Of a DNA stretch of 64,000 bases, positions 24,974 to 36,649 are shown one piece after another. Origin of the DNA: Octopus vulgaris (Eukaryota). The translations under genes were made by a program, and so were the position numbers. Position 1 is the stretch's first letter. The number at the start of each line of letters is the position of its first letter. The notes under the pieces were generated by a model. The model saw only the letters and a list, made by a program, of their open reading frames with translations. It was not told where the DNA came from and did no database searches. The DNA lies in assembly GCA_951406725.2 (NCBI GenBank), contig OX597822.1, forward strand, positions 116,002,001-116,066,000. The letters are read 5' to 3'.

Positions 24974-26083
24974 CTATGAAATACATTATAACTGCTATAG
25001 TATACACCACTAAATGATCAAATATACAGTGTGATATTGTACGAGATTTAAGCATGAAATTATTGGAATGAAAGTTGTATGAGTTACTCTCAAGTTCATT
25101 TCAAATCTTCAGATTACTTATATACCAGTGCTTGCAACAACAAGCTATGACTATTTTCACTTTATGGTTATATATGTGAGAAGTAGGATGAGAGAGTGAA
25201 AGTGAAGACGGATGGGCAAGAGATCAGCTGCTATTCAACTCTGGATACTATTGTTATTGAAGTGGACAAGTATGACAGGAAAACTTTCATATGGAGATAC
25301 AGATGGATTGATAGTCTCTCCACGGCTCTTCAAAAAGAATGATGTATATTCAATATTACGAATGCCACAGTCATTAAACTGCTTTCAACCAACATATACA
25401 GATTTTTCTTTTTTTATTCAATACTTGACATCAGTACAATACTCTACTATAGAACTAACATATGCTCTTTCTCACTCACGTTTACACAAATACAAGCAGG
25501 AATTTGATAATAAACTATAATGAAAAAATAAAACATTTTAAAGTGTTAATGATCATGGTTAAGTTTAATCCTGAACCTCATCGTCATCAAGGACACAAAA
25601 TGCTCAAAGGAATTCATCTACAGTTCCTGTTTTATATAAATTTTCCTATTTTATATGAATTATCTTATCATCAACATACATGTAAGGTGTTGGGGCACGC
25701 ACTATTACAGCACATTGCTGCATAAACCATTTGTCAGTGTGTTCCCAGGCTCTCCTGGGCGACCCATTGAGCAAAGTCCCATTCTGTCCCCATCTTCACG
25801 GGGTACCTCCTCATCTGGCATGGCCACATGACATGTGATCAACCCAGCTGGATTCTCAGTGAGGAGAACATTTCGATGATTATGGCAGTGGTTTGAAGGG
25901 TCTAAAATATACACTTTCTGGTCTTCATCTCACTTTTGTGCCACTATTTCTGAGACCCCAACTTTTCAGGTAAACTACTTATTTCCAAATCTGCTTTGGT
26001 CAACATTTATAAGGGAACAAAACAATTTACTGAATCCATTTTCAAACCAGCAACTACATTTAGCACCCTCCCTCCCTCCCTCA

Positions 26084-26260
26084 TTCATTCATTCATTCAT
26101 ACATACATACATACATACATACATACATACATACATACATGCATGCATGCATACATACATACATGCATACATACAAATCTGCACATACATACATACATAC
26201 ATACATACACACACATACATACACACATACATACACACACATACATACACACACACACAC
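26084..26260. repeat. (CATT)n(CATA)n/(CA)n microsatellite
   Basis: Directly visible. Confidence 0.95.
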
Positions 26261-26629
26261 ATTTATATATGAGTGAGTGGACAACTGAAAGAAGGGCACA
26301 CAACACGTTTCCTTTGCCTCCATGAGATCCAACACTCAAAAGGAACTCGGCCACTTTTGCCCCTGTCAGCCCCCAATGCTTGAAAGGAACCACAGTCACT
26401 TTGCCTCCATAAAGCTCAATGCTCCAACAGTGCTCTTTACGTGACACCAATATCAGCCATGACTATGGTTTCACTTGGCTTGACAGGTCTTCTCAGGCAC
26501 AGCACAGCATAGCATGTGTGTGTGCACACACACAGACACACACACATAGCCTCAACAGCTCCCATGAAATGGTGATTCAGAATTAGCTTTCTCACCACCC
26601 ATACAGCTAGATTAGGGAGTCTCTCTAGA

Positions 26630-26985
26630 TCAAGCTTGAGGGGTCACAGCTTGAGTACATACAGGAGAGAAACACAAAACAGATTCTTCAAGTCAAGTCA
26701 ACTTGGCAGGAGAAGACCAAGAAGGAGGTGGTTGGATAATCTCCACAGCCTCGGATGGTCCTGCTTGGGAATTCAGTGGGAAAGTGTTGTGACAGATGCT
26801 GCAAACAGGACTCTACAGAGTGAATGCCTGAGGACTCTAGCCCTACAGCCCTTCAGGAACAGTGGGCAGAGAAGATGGATGGAGGGATTACCCACCAGAC
26901 TGCAGAGAGTGAAAACCTACCAAAATGTTATTTGCAAACACTGCTACAAAGTGTTCGAAAGATGGAACTTGGATGACTGAACAGA
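26630..26985 (+). mobile_element. old RTE-type LINE 3' relic
   Basis: Encodes GRRRPRRRWLDNL, a typical RTE C-terminal motif. Degenerate. Confidence 0.5.
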
Positions 26986-27616
26986 TCAGCTCTTCACTGG
27001 TTAGATTACTTGAGTCATTATATTCAATTCTAAGAGTCAATATCAGTTGCTCTAGAGTCTAGATTCCAAATGAAGCTATCCAGTAATTTCTGAAATAATA
27101 TGTACAAATTGTTATGAAACATTACACTAACAGATATTCAAGCCTTTCCCCAATGAGTGAAACATTAGTTCCATCAGAGAATTTATGCCATGGTCCTAAA
27201 AGTTATGAGTGTAACTGTTGAAGCAGTTACAAAAATTTCTGAAAGAGTTCGAAAACCTCTGACAAGTAGAGTCTTGTCCAAGGACACAGCAATAAGCCTG
27301 AAAATATAATACATGTCTAACTTTATCTCTCTGGCCATCATACTTCTTTATAATGAGATGGATAACCTCTTGATCAGAAATATTTCAATGCACAATCTAC
27401 GTGTTTTTAAAGTCATTTGTGGAATAAACAAACATTTGTGTGTATTGAGTACACTGAAATATAGAGTACCTTTCAATTCTACAAGAACATTTATTCATTA
27501 AGATTCATAAAATAGACAATGAACATTTTGTGTCAATAACACACTTTACACCTTAATTTAGATTAACCTAAAAAAATTTGCACAGATCTCTGTCTCTGTC
27601 TGTTTATGTGCGTGTG

Positions 27617-27656
<40 letters not shown>

Positions 27657-28295
27657 ATAATTATTACCATTGTAAATTCAAAGCTGTTTTCCTTTAGAAC
27701 ATCAAGAATGAGAATTTCAAATAATATTTTTCCTTCATGAGAAAGGGGTACATAACATTACTGTGTTCAAGACCATTACTACTTGCAGCATTTATAATGG
27801 TTCATATCTAGCTTTAAATACAGGTTCACTAAATAAATTACAAGTAAATATAAAAAAAGGATCTTGTCAAAGTATTTTCAAAGGACTTTTGCTACAAATG
27901 AAGATGTGTAAATTGCTAAATTCTCTGAATATATAAACAGTTCACCATTTAGTTTACTAAGAATTATTCAGAGGCCGTATTTCAGTTTTTATAATGTTAT
28001 TGGGCATGGGAGATATTTCCTCTTGGACCAGGAGTTAATTTAGCCAGATGAGATTCTACTTTAGGTCAATCAAAGTGAAATATTTTGCCTTTGCCCAAAG
28101 TATACTTGACCATGTAAATAAAATCAATGCAATCTTTCAGACCCTCTTTAGTTTTGCTGATGGCAAGGTAACCTCTACACAGCTGGTGTCATGAAAAATG
28201 TAAAGTGGTTAGCATCAGGAAGGACATTCATATATAGAAATCATGCCCAAAATGCCAGCATGAAAAGTAGACATAAAAATGATAATGATGATATA

Positions 28296-28525
28296 TTACT
28301 CTTTAGCATTCAGATTACTCTGCGATCAAATATGATGCTTATTTATTCACATTGTTTTGAATTAATCATGCACCGTCTCGTAGCTTTGAGACTCTGATGA
28401 TCTGAACATTTGTTTTTAGACTGACATTGTAAAGTAGGTGTGAGAGGCAAGATCTGGCTAGTTCGAACTTAAAACAGGTAGGATATTTTGGCCGGATGTG
28501 GCTGGTTTAAATGCTATAGGATTAA
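28296..28525 (+). mobile_element. piggyBac-like MITE
   Basis: Copy of 24600-24826. Confidence 0.75.
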
Positions 28526-29153
28526 ACCATGACAGAAAAATCACTTTTCTTTTCATAAATATTACCATTGATATCAGTCTAGAGAATTATATCAGCTGTT
28601 TTTCCAACTGCTTAACTTCATTTTTGTTTTTGCTTGTCTTCAACTTCAAAATGAATAAACTTTAAAAAGAAGGGCAAACTTAAATATATGGGTGATACTG
28701 AGATGATTTACTTCCTTCCTCACCAACTAATAAAAATGCATAATGTTCTTCAGTGCAGAACAACCAACATGCCTCTCAGAGAAATCGCAAAGAAGAGGAC
28801 AGCATAAAGCAACAGAGATTTAAGTCAATGATTCATTAGAATTAGACATAAAGGGAAGAGTTTGGTGGTAAAATTAATGGTTCAATGAAATGGTTTTATA
28901 GCAGTTGAGAGGGTTACCAGTTGAGAAATAATAAATCAGTGAAGCATTCAGCTTAGAATTGGATATGAAGCAATCTTCCTAAGTAAAAATCCAACAGGAT
29001 TGCTACACACAGGTGAGTGTTGAAAAACAGATAATTGTCTTTCTATTTATGCTGACCGTTTCAGTCCAGAGTAAATTTGTTAGTTCAGCAAGTTCACTCT
29101 TGGTCAACAGCTGCTTCTACATTACCAACCATAATATAAAATCTTCTACTTTC

Positions 29154-29222
29154 CAGCTTGGCTGGCAGAAGGAATCTCTCTCTCTCTATCTATCTATCTA
29201 TCTCTCTCTCTCTCTCTATCTG

Positions 29223-29273
<51 letters not shown>

Positions 29274-29292
29274 CAGCTTGGCTGGCAGAAGG

Positions 29293-29357
<65 letters not shown>

Positions 29358-29384
29358 CTCTCTCTCAGCTTGGCTGGCAGAAGG

Positions 29385-29471
<87 letters not shown>

Positions 29472-29496
29472 CTCTCAGCTTGGCTGGCAGAAGGAA

Positions 29497-29549
<53 letters not shown>

Positions 29550-29572
29550 CTCTCAGCTTGGCTGGCAGAAGG

Positions 29573-29643
<71 letters not shown>

Positions 29644-29648
29644 CTCTC
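29154..29648 (+). repeat. compound minisatellite: five copies of CAGCTTGGCTGGCAGAAGGAA, each followed by variable (TC)n(TCTA)n
   Basis: Identical 21-mer at 29154, 29274, 29366, 29476 and 29554. Confidence 0.95.
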
Positions 29649-29884
29649 ATTCTGTATATACCAGTACATTTCTTTAATTAAGAGACATAATAGAGTGCAT
29701 GAAGAAAACCAAAGGTATCATGCCATAAAAGAAAAAATTGCAAAATGGATGGAGTAGAAAAGCACCAAACGAGACATCAGAAGAGAAGGGGATTAACATC
29801 CTGATCTAAGTATTGCCCCTTATGTCTATAGTCAAGACATGTAACTCACAAATGACCCAGTCCATTTAGCTGTAAATAGATCCT

Positions 29885-30234
29885 GTGAAGGGTAAAGACT
29901 CCCTTTGGCCATGAATGGCCATGGGACTGCACCTAGGAAGTTCCCCTCCAAGGCACAAGTCCGGGAAAGGTTGTTTATGGAAGACCAGCAGTAGTTGCCC
30001 ATGCCTACCAGCCTCCCCTCTCCACACCACCGATGTTATCCGAGGGAAAGGCAAAGGGGCCAATACAGCTTGGCACCAGGGACATTGCAAGTCATTCCTA
30101 TGGCTGAGAAAGCTGAAACAACACGAAATAAAGTGTCTTGCTCAAGAACACAACTGACAGCCAGGTCTGGGGACTGAACTCACTACCTCATGATTGTGAG
30201 CATGATGCTCTAACCACTGAGCCATGTGCCTTCA
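29885..30234 (-). mobile_element. family B-headed SINE with a different body
   Basis: Head gaaggcacatggctcagtggttagagc...gagttcagtccc and gtgttcttgagcaagacact core. Confidence 0.75.
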
Positions 30235-30742
30235 TATAGATCCCATACAGTGAGAATAACCCATTTATCCATACCACAGCAGTACTGTTGGTTGACGAGT
30301 GACTCATTAGTTTATATCTGAACTTATATTTGAGTTGAGTGATTCTTGTGGTAAAAACCAACTGCAATACACCAGCATCCCATCTGGTGAAGATCTAAAT
30401 CTCAGACACTTAAACCTATGAAAACAAGAGATAACACCAGGATGTGTGGTTCTGTGAGATTTAAAAAAAATGGATTACTTCTTATGAATTAGGTTGTATT
30501 GCAACCACTTCACTCTTCATTAGGACGAGTGAGCTCCTTCCAGCCATCACTCAAACTAACTCTCCCTCATATGTATGCCTCACAATTTTCCTCCGAAACT
30601 CTACATGCAATTCTTCATTCTGATGATCCCTGCTCTGTTAAGCCGTCTCCCATCCTGCATTTGCACATCACATTCACTTACAAGTTTTGAATTATCATAT
30701 TTACTCATTTCCTCCTATGTGTACACACACACACATATGTGT

Positions 30743-30773
<31 letters not shown>

Positions 30774-31057
30774 TATGTATATATGTATGTATATATATAT
30801 ATATACACACACACACATATATATATACATATATAAATTTAAGTCACAATATACAGATTGAAGTAATTTGTTATAGTACTCATAAGAAACTCCTCAATGC
30901 ACCATTCTGCAAAACATACAGAATATATATATAGTAATGTACAATAGAAAAGGATAAGGTGTGTATAAAGTCATATATGACAGGGAAATAGTTTGATGAA
31001 ATTTTATTTAACAATAAGAAAATTCTAATAAAATTTCATCAAATACACAGTCATGAT

Positions 31058-31172
31058 CGTGACCAATGTCCTCCTAAAATAGGAGCGACATGCGTGCTAA
31101 TTTGTGGACGTGCATAAATTACATTCAAGTACACACACACACACACATCCTGCCTTTTACAGATATACAGAT
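31058..31172 (-). mobile_element. Helitron-like 5' terminal fragment
   Basis: Minus strand tctgtatatctgtaaaaggcaggat(gt)n..., an architecture like the end at 16340. Confidence 0.35.
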
Positions 31173-31188
31173 ATATATATATACATAT

Positions 31189-34100
31189 AAGACAGCAAAA
31201 ACTTCCAGTTTGCTCACCTGAGACCCTGCCAAAAAGTACAGGGGCCTTAAGGAGAAAAACTTTCCTGAGAAATGACAAAAATTGTCCCCAAGGAAAAAAT
31301 ATAGAAAAGAAGTGCACCCTTCAGAGGTTATGCACAAGGCAGCAGTTGAGCAAGAGTCTTTTTTGTTTATGGCACAAAAGATTGTGCAGCAGCAGCAGCT
31401 GACCTGGCTGCACCAAGAGCAAACAAGGAACCTTGCCCACCACCGCTCAAGAGCACAACAGTCAACAGACACGGGATGGTCCCCCTAATGCCTGTACAGT
31501 TGTCATGCCAATATTTTTACTAAATATTAGGGGCCTGTTGCATCATAACAAAAGCAAAATTATTTTCCTGAGAGGCCTTGCTGCATGCAATCAAGCCCTA
31601 TGCATAGCACTCGTGGAAACTCACCTCAGCCCTGATATAGAGGATGCAAAAGTACACATACCACACTATGCCATACTGCGAACAGACAGAAGGGAAAGGA
31701 GCCATGGTGGAGTTGCTGTATACATCCGTGATGACCTCAAACCCCAAGTCTTACTGCCATACTCAAATTCAGTATGTTACACTCTAATTGTATACATAAG
31801 ACAACACAATATAGTCATATGCAATACATATTGCCCATCGGATGCTCCAAACCACATAGGCAAGTTTGAAGATCACAAGAATTAAAGAAATCCTCATGCA
31901 ACTGGAATACCATGTGAGCATATTTCTTATGGGAGATTTTAACTTCCCCAACATCAACTGACCCGAAGGACTCATGCTCTCAGGAATGACTCATTGCAAG
32001 CAAGTACAGGTGGAGTCCCTGCTCAACCTCACCAATGCCTTGTTCATGGAGCAAGTTGTACTCGAGCCAACTAGAGCGAATAACATTCTGGATCTCTGCT
32101 TTACGAACAATATGGACATCATTCATGATGTGAAAGTGACACCGACATTAGTCTCGGATCACAACATAATAGAGCTGTCTATGTTTGGGCCGAAAGTAGC
32201 CAGAGACATACAGCCAAAAGGAAGCACCCGAAAACTCTCTAATCTGAAATTCCACAAAGCAGACTGGAAATCGATCCAAAAAGAGATCCTCAGAGAGGAC
32301 TGGCCAAAATGTCTCTGTACACAAGACATTGACATGAAACTAGCATGTTTCATGTCTTCTGTGCAAGCCGTATGCCAGAAATATGTCCCAGAGCACAAGG
32401 CCAAAACAAATAGGAGCAAGATTCCAAGAGACAGGAAGATCCTCATGAGACGACGAACGAAGGTTGCAAATCAACTGAACCAACATCCCAAAAGTAGCGA
32501 AACGTCCCCCTAAAAACAACACTGATGGAGATCGAAAAAAAGGGTGCAACAATCCTATGTGAGGGAGAAATCAGACAAAGAAGCAGGCATTAAGTCAAAC
32601 CCAAAGGCATTCTTTCATTACGCGAAAGAAACAGCCTCAGTACACTGCAAGATAGGACCCCCTCCTCCAAAAGAATGGCTCCCTCACAGACAGTCCAACT
32701 AAGATCAGTGAGATACTGAATGACCAGTTCATAAGTGTTTTTACCACCACTTGGAGCACAGACAAATGAACGAACCAGTGGACTTCTTTGCCACCTCACC
32801 TATAACCAGCGAGGCAGTTACAATAGAATACATTGACATTAGCAAAGAAGATACACTACTAACCATAGATGAAGTGGACACAAACTCAAATGCTGGGCAC
32901 TGTCTTGGGACCACTGCTTTTTATAGTGGCCCTCTCAGATATGCCCTCTACTAGCCATTGATGAAGTGGACAGAAACTCAACTGCTGGTCCTGATGGTTT
33001 CCCAGCAATCCTCCTCAAATCATGTAAGCATGCCCTGGCAAAACCCCTCCAGATTCTCTTCCAGAGCTTTCTTACAAATGGCAAACTGCCAAGCAAGCTG
33101 AAGAAGGGAATAATATGCCCAACACATAAGGGGGAAGTAGAGCAGATGCCAAAAACTATAGGCCTATCTCTCTGACTTCACACATCAGCAAAGTCATGGA
33201 ACGGATAGTCAGAGGGAAACTAATCGCATTCCTTGAAGAAAATAACTTGCTGAGTGATACCCAGCATGGTTTTCAACCAGGTAGGAGCTAACTGACCCAG
33301 CTCTTACAACATTATGACTGGGTGTTGAGGCAGTTACTCAACAAATCAAATGTGGACGTAATATACCTTGATTTTGCAAAAGCTTTTGACAAGGTGGGCC
33401 ATGGTATGATATGCCACAAACTGCGTGACCTCAGCATAGCTGGAAAACTTAGAGTGTGGTTACATGACTTCCTGAAAGATAGGAGTCAGGCAGTAGTGAC
33501 TAATAGAGCCACCTCTATGAACACACAAATAGTGAGCGGTGTTCCACAGGGCATTGTCTTGGGACCACTGCTTTTTATAGTGGCCTTCTCAGATATGCCC
33601 TCAAATGCCCGGATAGCCACTCTGGCAAGCTATGCAGATGATACGAAAGTCTTGCAGAAAATACAGAACCCCAGCGATGTTGCACACCAGCAGCAGGAGT
33701 TGGACTCAATTTACAGATGGGCTGAGGATAATAATATGCAGTTTATTGCTGAAAAATTCCAAGCCCTGCACTAAGAGCATCCAAAACTGAATATGAAACT
33801 TACAGGGTACACTGGTCCACAGGGAATTTCAATCCCAGAGCCTAAGTCAGTGAGAGACCTGGGTATCAACATGAGTGATGATACCTCTTTCCAAGTGCAC
33901 ATTACCAGGATGGCAACAAAGTGCAGACGACTGGCTGGATGGATGGATCCTAAGAACATTCAGAACCAGAGATGGTCCTCTGGCGGACATTTGTCTTCAG
34001 CTGCCTGGATTACTGCTCACAGCTATGGTCACCTACCAGTGTGAAATTAACAGCGGACCTTGAAGCAATCCAGAGAAGATTCACAAAGAAAATCATCTCT

Positions 34101-34533
34101 TTGCAACAGCTCAGCTACTGGAAAAGGTTGAAACAGCTAAGACTCTACTCCCTGGAGAGAAGACAGGAGAGGTATGCAGTGATATATACCAGGAAGATAC
34201 TGGAAGGAATTGTGCCAAATTTTGGCATTGAAAGCTACACCAATGCCAGAATGGGATGACACTGCATAGTGCCAAAGATCCCAGCAATGCCATCATGCTT
34301 CAGGACCAGTTACTGCAACAGCCTGGGATTCAAGGGCCCACAACCTTTTAATATTCTCCCAAAGAGTCTGAGGAACTTGCACAAAGTAGATGTAGGGGTT
34401 TTTAAATCAAAGCTGGACTTCTTCCTGTCGAGAGTCCGAGATGAACCTACGTCACGGCAAGAGGTGCAAATGAGGGTAGCTATATCAAACGCCATTCTTC
34501 ACCAAGTGCCACATATTAGAGGAGGCTCTAAGT
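31189..34533 (+). mobile_element. CR1-group LINE, decayed (possible ORF1 end plus APE-RT ORF2)
   Basis: APE motifs LNIRGL, VETHL, GGVAVYIR, GDFNFP, NILDL and SDHN. RT motifs PDGFP, YLDFAKAFDKV, GVPQG and YADDTK. C-terminal LYSLERR. Many stops and frameshifts. Confidence 0.93.
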
Positions 34534-34687
34534 AATAACAGGTCACGGTCTCAAAGTGACGAAAATATTTTGACAAATTAAATTTAAATGTTGAAGTAAA
34601 TCTCACGGTTTTGTGTTTCTTAAATGGCTTATAAACACCTTCCATGCTGCAATTATATATATATATATGCATATGTATATATATATA

Positions 34688-36106
34688 ACTACAGAGGTAT
34701 CAAGCTGTTGGACCAGGTGATGAAGGTTACGGAGAGGGTCATAGCCCAACTAATTAGAGAGAGAGTTAGTTTAGATGAGATGCAGTTTGGGTTTGTGCCA
34801 GGGAAAAGTACTACTGATGCTATATTCCTGGTAAGGCAGCTGCAGGAGAAATACCTAGCCAAAGATAAGCCCCCGTACCTGGCTTTTGTTGACATGGAGA
34901 AAGCCTTCGACAGGGTCCCCCGATCCCTTATCTGGTGGGCAATGAGGAAACTAGGGATAGATGAATGGTTAGTGAGAGCTGTGCGGGCCATGTATAGGGA
35001 CGCCGCTAGTAGGGTGAGGGTTGGAAATGTGTACAGTGAAGAATTCCGGGTAGAGGTAGGAGTCCACCAAGGCTCAGTACTCAGCCCCCTCCTATTTATC
35101 ATAGTCCTCCAGGCAATAACGGAGGAATTCAAGACAGGATGCCCTTGGGAGCTCCTCTATGCTGATGACCTTGCTCTAATTGCTGAGTCGCTATCAGAAC
35201 TGGAGGAGAAGTTTCAGGTGTGGAAACAAGGATTAGAATCGAAGGGCCTCAGAGTCAATCTAGCTAAAACCAAAGTCGTAATCAGTAGGAAGGTAGACAA
35301 ATCACAAACACCTTCAGGTAGATGGCCCTGCTCGATCTGTAGAAAAGGTGTAGGTAGAAACTCTATAAGATGCACCAAGTGTAAGCTATGGACACATAAG
35401 AGATGCAGCAATGTCAAAGGAAGGCTAACTAGGAAGATGGTTTTTGTATGTGGCAGATGCTCAGGAACAATAAACACTGAAAATGCTCTGAGACCAACTT
35501 CCGTCACTTTCCAGGGAGAAAAACTAGAAATAGTTGATAGTTTCCGTTACCTAGGTGACCAAGTCATCAGCGGGGGCGGGTGTGCTGAAAGTGTAACTGC
35601 TAGAGTAAGAATAGCTTGGGCAAAGTTCAGAGAGCTCTTACCTCTGCTGGTGACAAAAGGCCTCTCGCACAGAGTGAAAGGCAGACTGTATGATGCGTGT
35701 GTACGAACAGCCATGCAGTGAAACATGGGCCGTGACTGCTGAGGATATGCGTAAGCTCGCTAGAAATGAAGCCAGTATGCTCCGATGGATGTGTAATGCC
35801 GGTACTCACACTCGGCAGAGTGTAAGTACCTTGAGAGAAAAGCTGGACCTAAGAAGCATCAGTTGTGGTGTGCAAGAGAGACGTTTGCGCTGGTATGGTC
35901 ATGTGGCGAGAATGGATGAAGATAGTTGTGTGAAAAAGTGCCACACCCTAGCGGTTGAGGGAACCTGTGGAAGAGGCAGACCCAGGAAAACCTGGGACGA
36001 GGTGGTGAAGCACGACCTTCGAACTTTAGGTCTCACTGAGGAAATGACTAGAGACCGAGACCTCTGGAAGTGTGCTGTGCGCGAGAAGACCCGGCAGGAC
36101 AAGTGA
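34688..36106 (+). pseudogene. RTE reverse transcriptase ORF (partial) with a C4HC3 PHD-type finger and one frameshift near 35716
   Basis: ORF-track ORFs 34624-35721 and 35690-36106 join across a small deletion in the AM[LHG]SETW motif. Confidence 0.92.
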
Positions 36107-36598
36107 GTCCATAACCCGTGGCCTTCTACATGGGATGGAGCCAGCCTACGTATGCATACCTTCCCTTCTTGGGACACAAAACTCTACTTGTGAAGACGTG
36201 TTGAGGCAAGTGAGGATCAGAATCGAAATCGATCAATGGAAATTGCAGATGTGTTACCAGTGCCAGTGGCATGTAAGAGAACTTTCCGTTTCGCGACCGT
36301 TGCCAGCACCGCCCCGTTTCGTGTCCGTTGCCAGCCTCGCCTGGCCCTCGTGCCGGTGGCACATAAAAAGCACCATCCGTTCGTGGCCGTTTGCCAGCTC
36401 TGTCTGGCACCAGTGCGGGTGGCACGTAAAAAGCACCCACTACACTCACGGAGTGGTTGGCGTTAGGAAGGGCATCCAGCCGTAGAAACACTGCCAGATT
36501 TGACTGGGCCTGATGAAGCCTTCTGGCTTCACAGACCCCAGTAGAACCGTCCAACCCATGCTAGCATGGAAAACGGACGCTAAACGATGATGATGATG

Positions 36599-36600
<2 letters not shown>
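34688..36600 (+). mobile_element. RTE LINE, 5'-truncated, young
   Basis: Begins at NYRGIKLL inside a (TA)n tract. RT motifs QFGF, FVDMEKAFDRV, GVHQGSVLSP and YADDL, then RWYGHV...GRPRKTW, a 3' UTR of about 490 nt and a (gat)n tail. Confidence 0.97.
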
Positions 36601-36634
<34 letters not shown>

Positions 36635-36649
36635 TTTACTTTAACTAGT

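Noticed and set aside
29154-29648. CRISPR-like repeat/spacer appearance and the 222-aa and 199-aa ORFs
   Set aside because: Spacers are microsatellites of unequal length, there are no cas genes and the context is eukaryotic. The ORFs are low-complexity.
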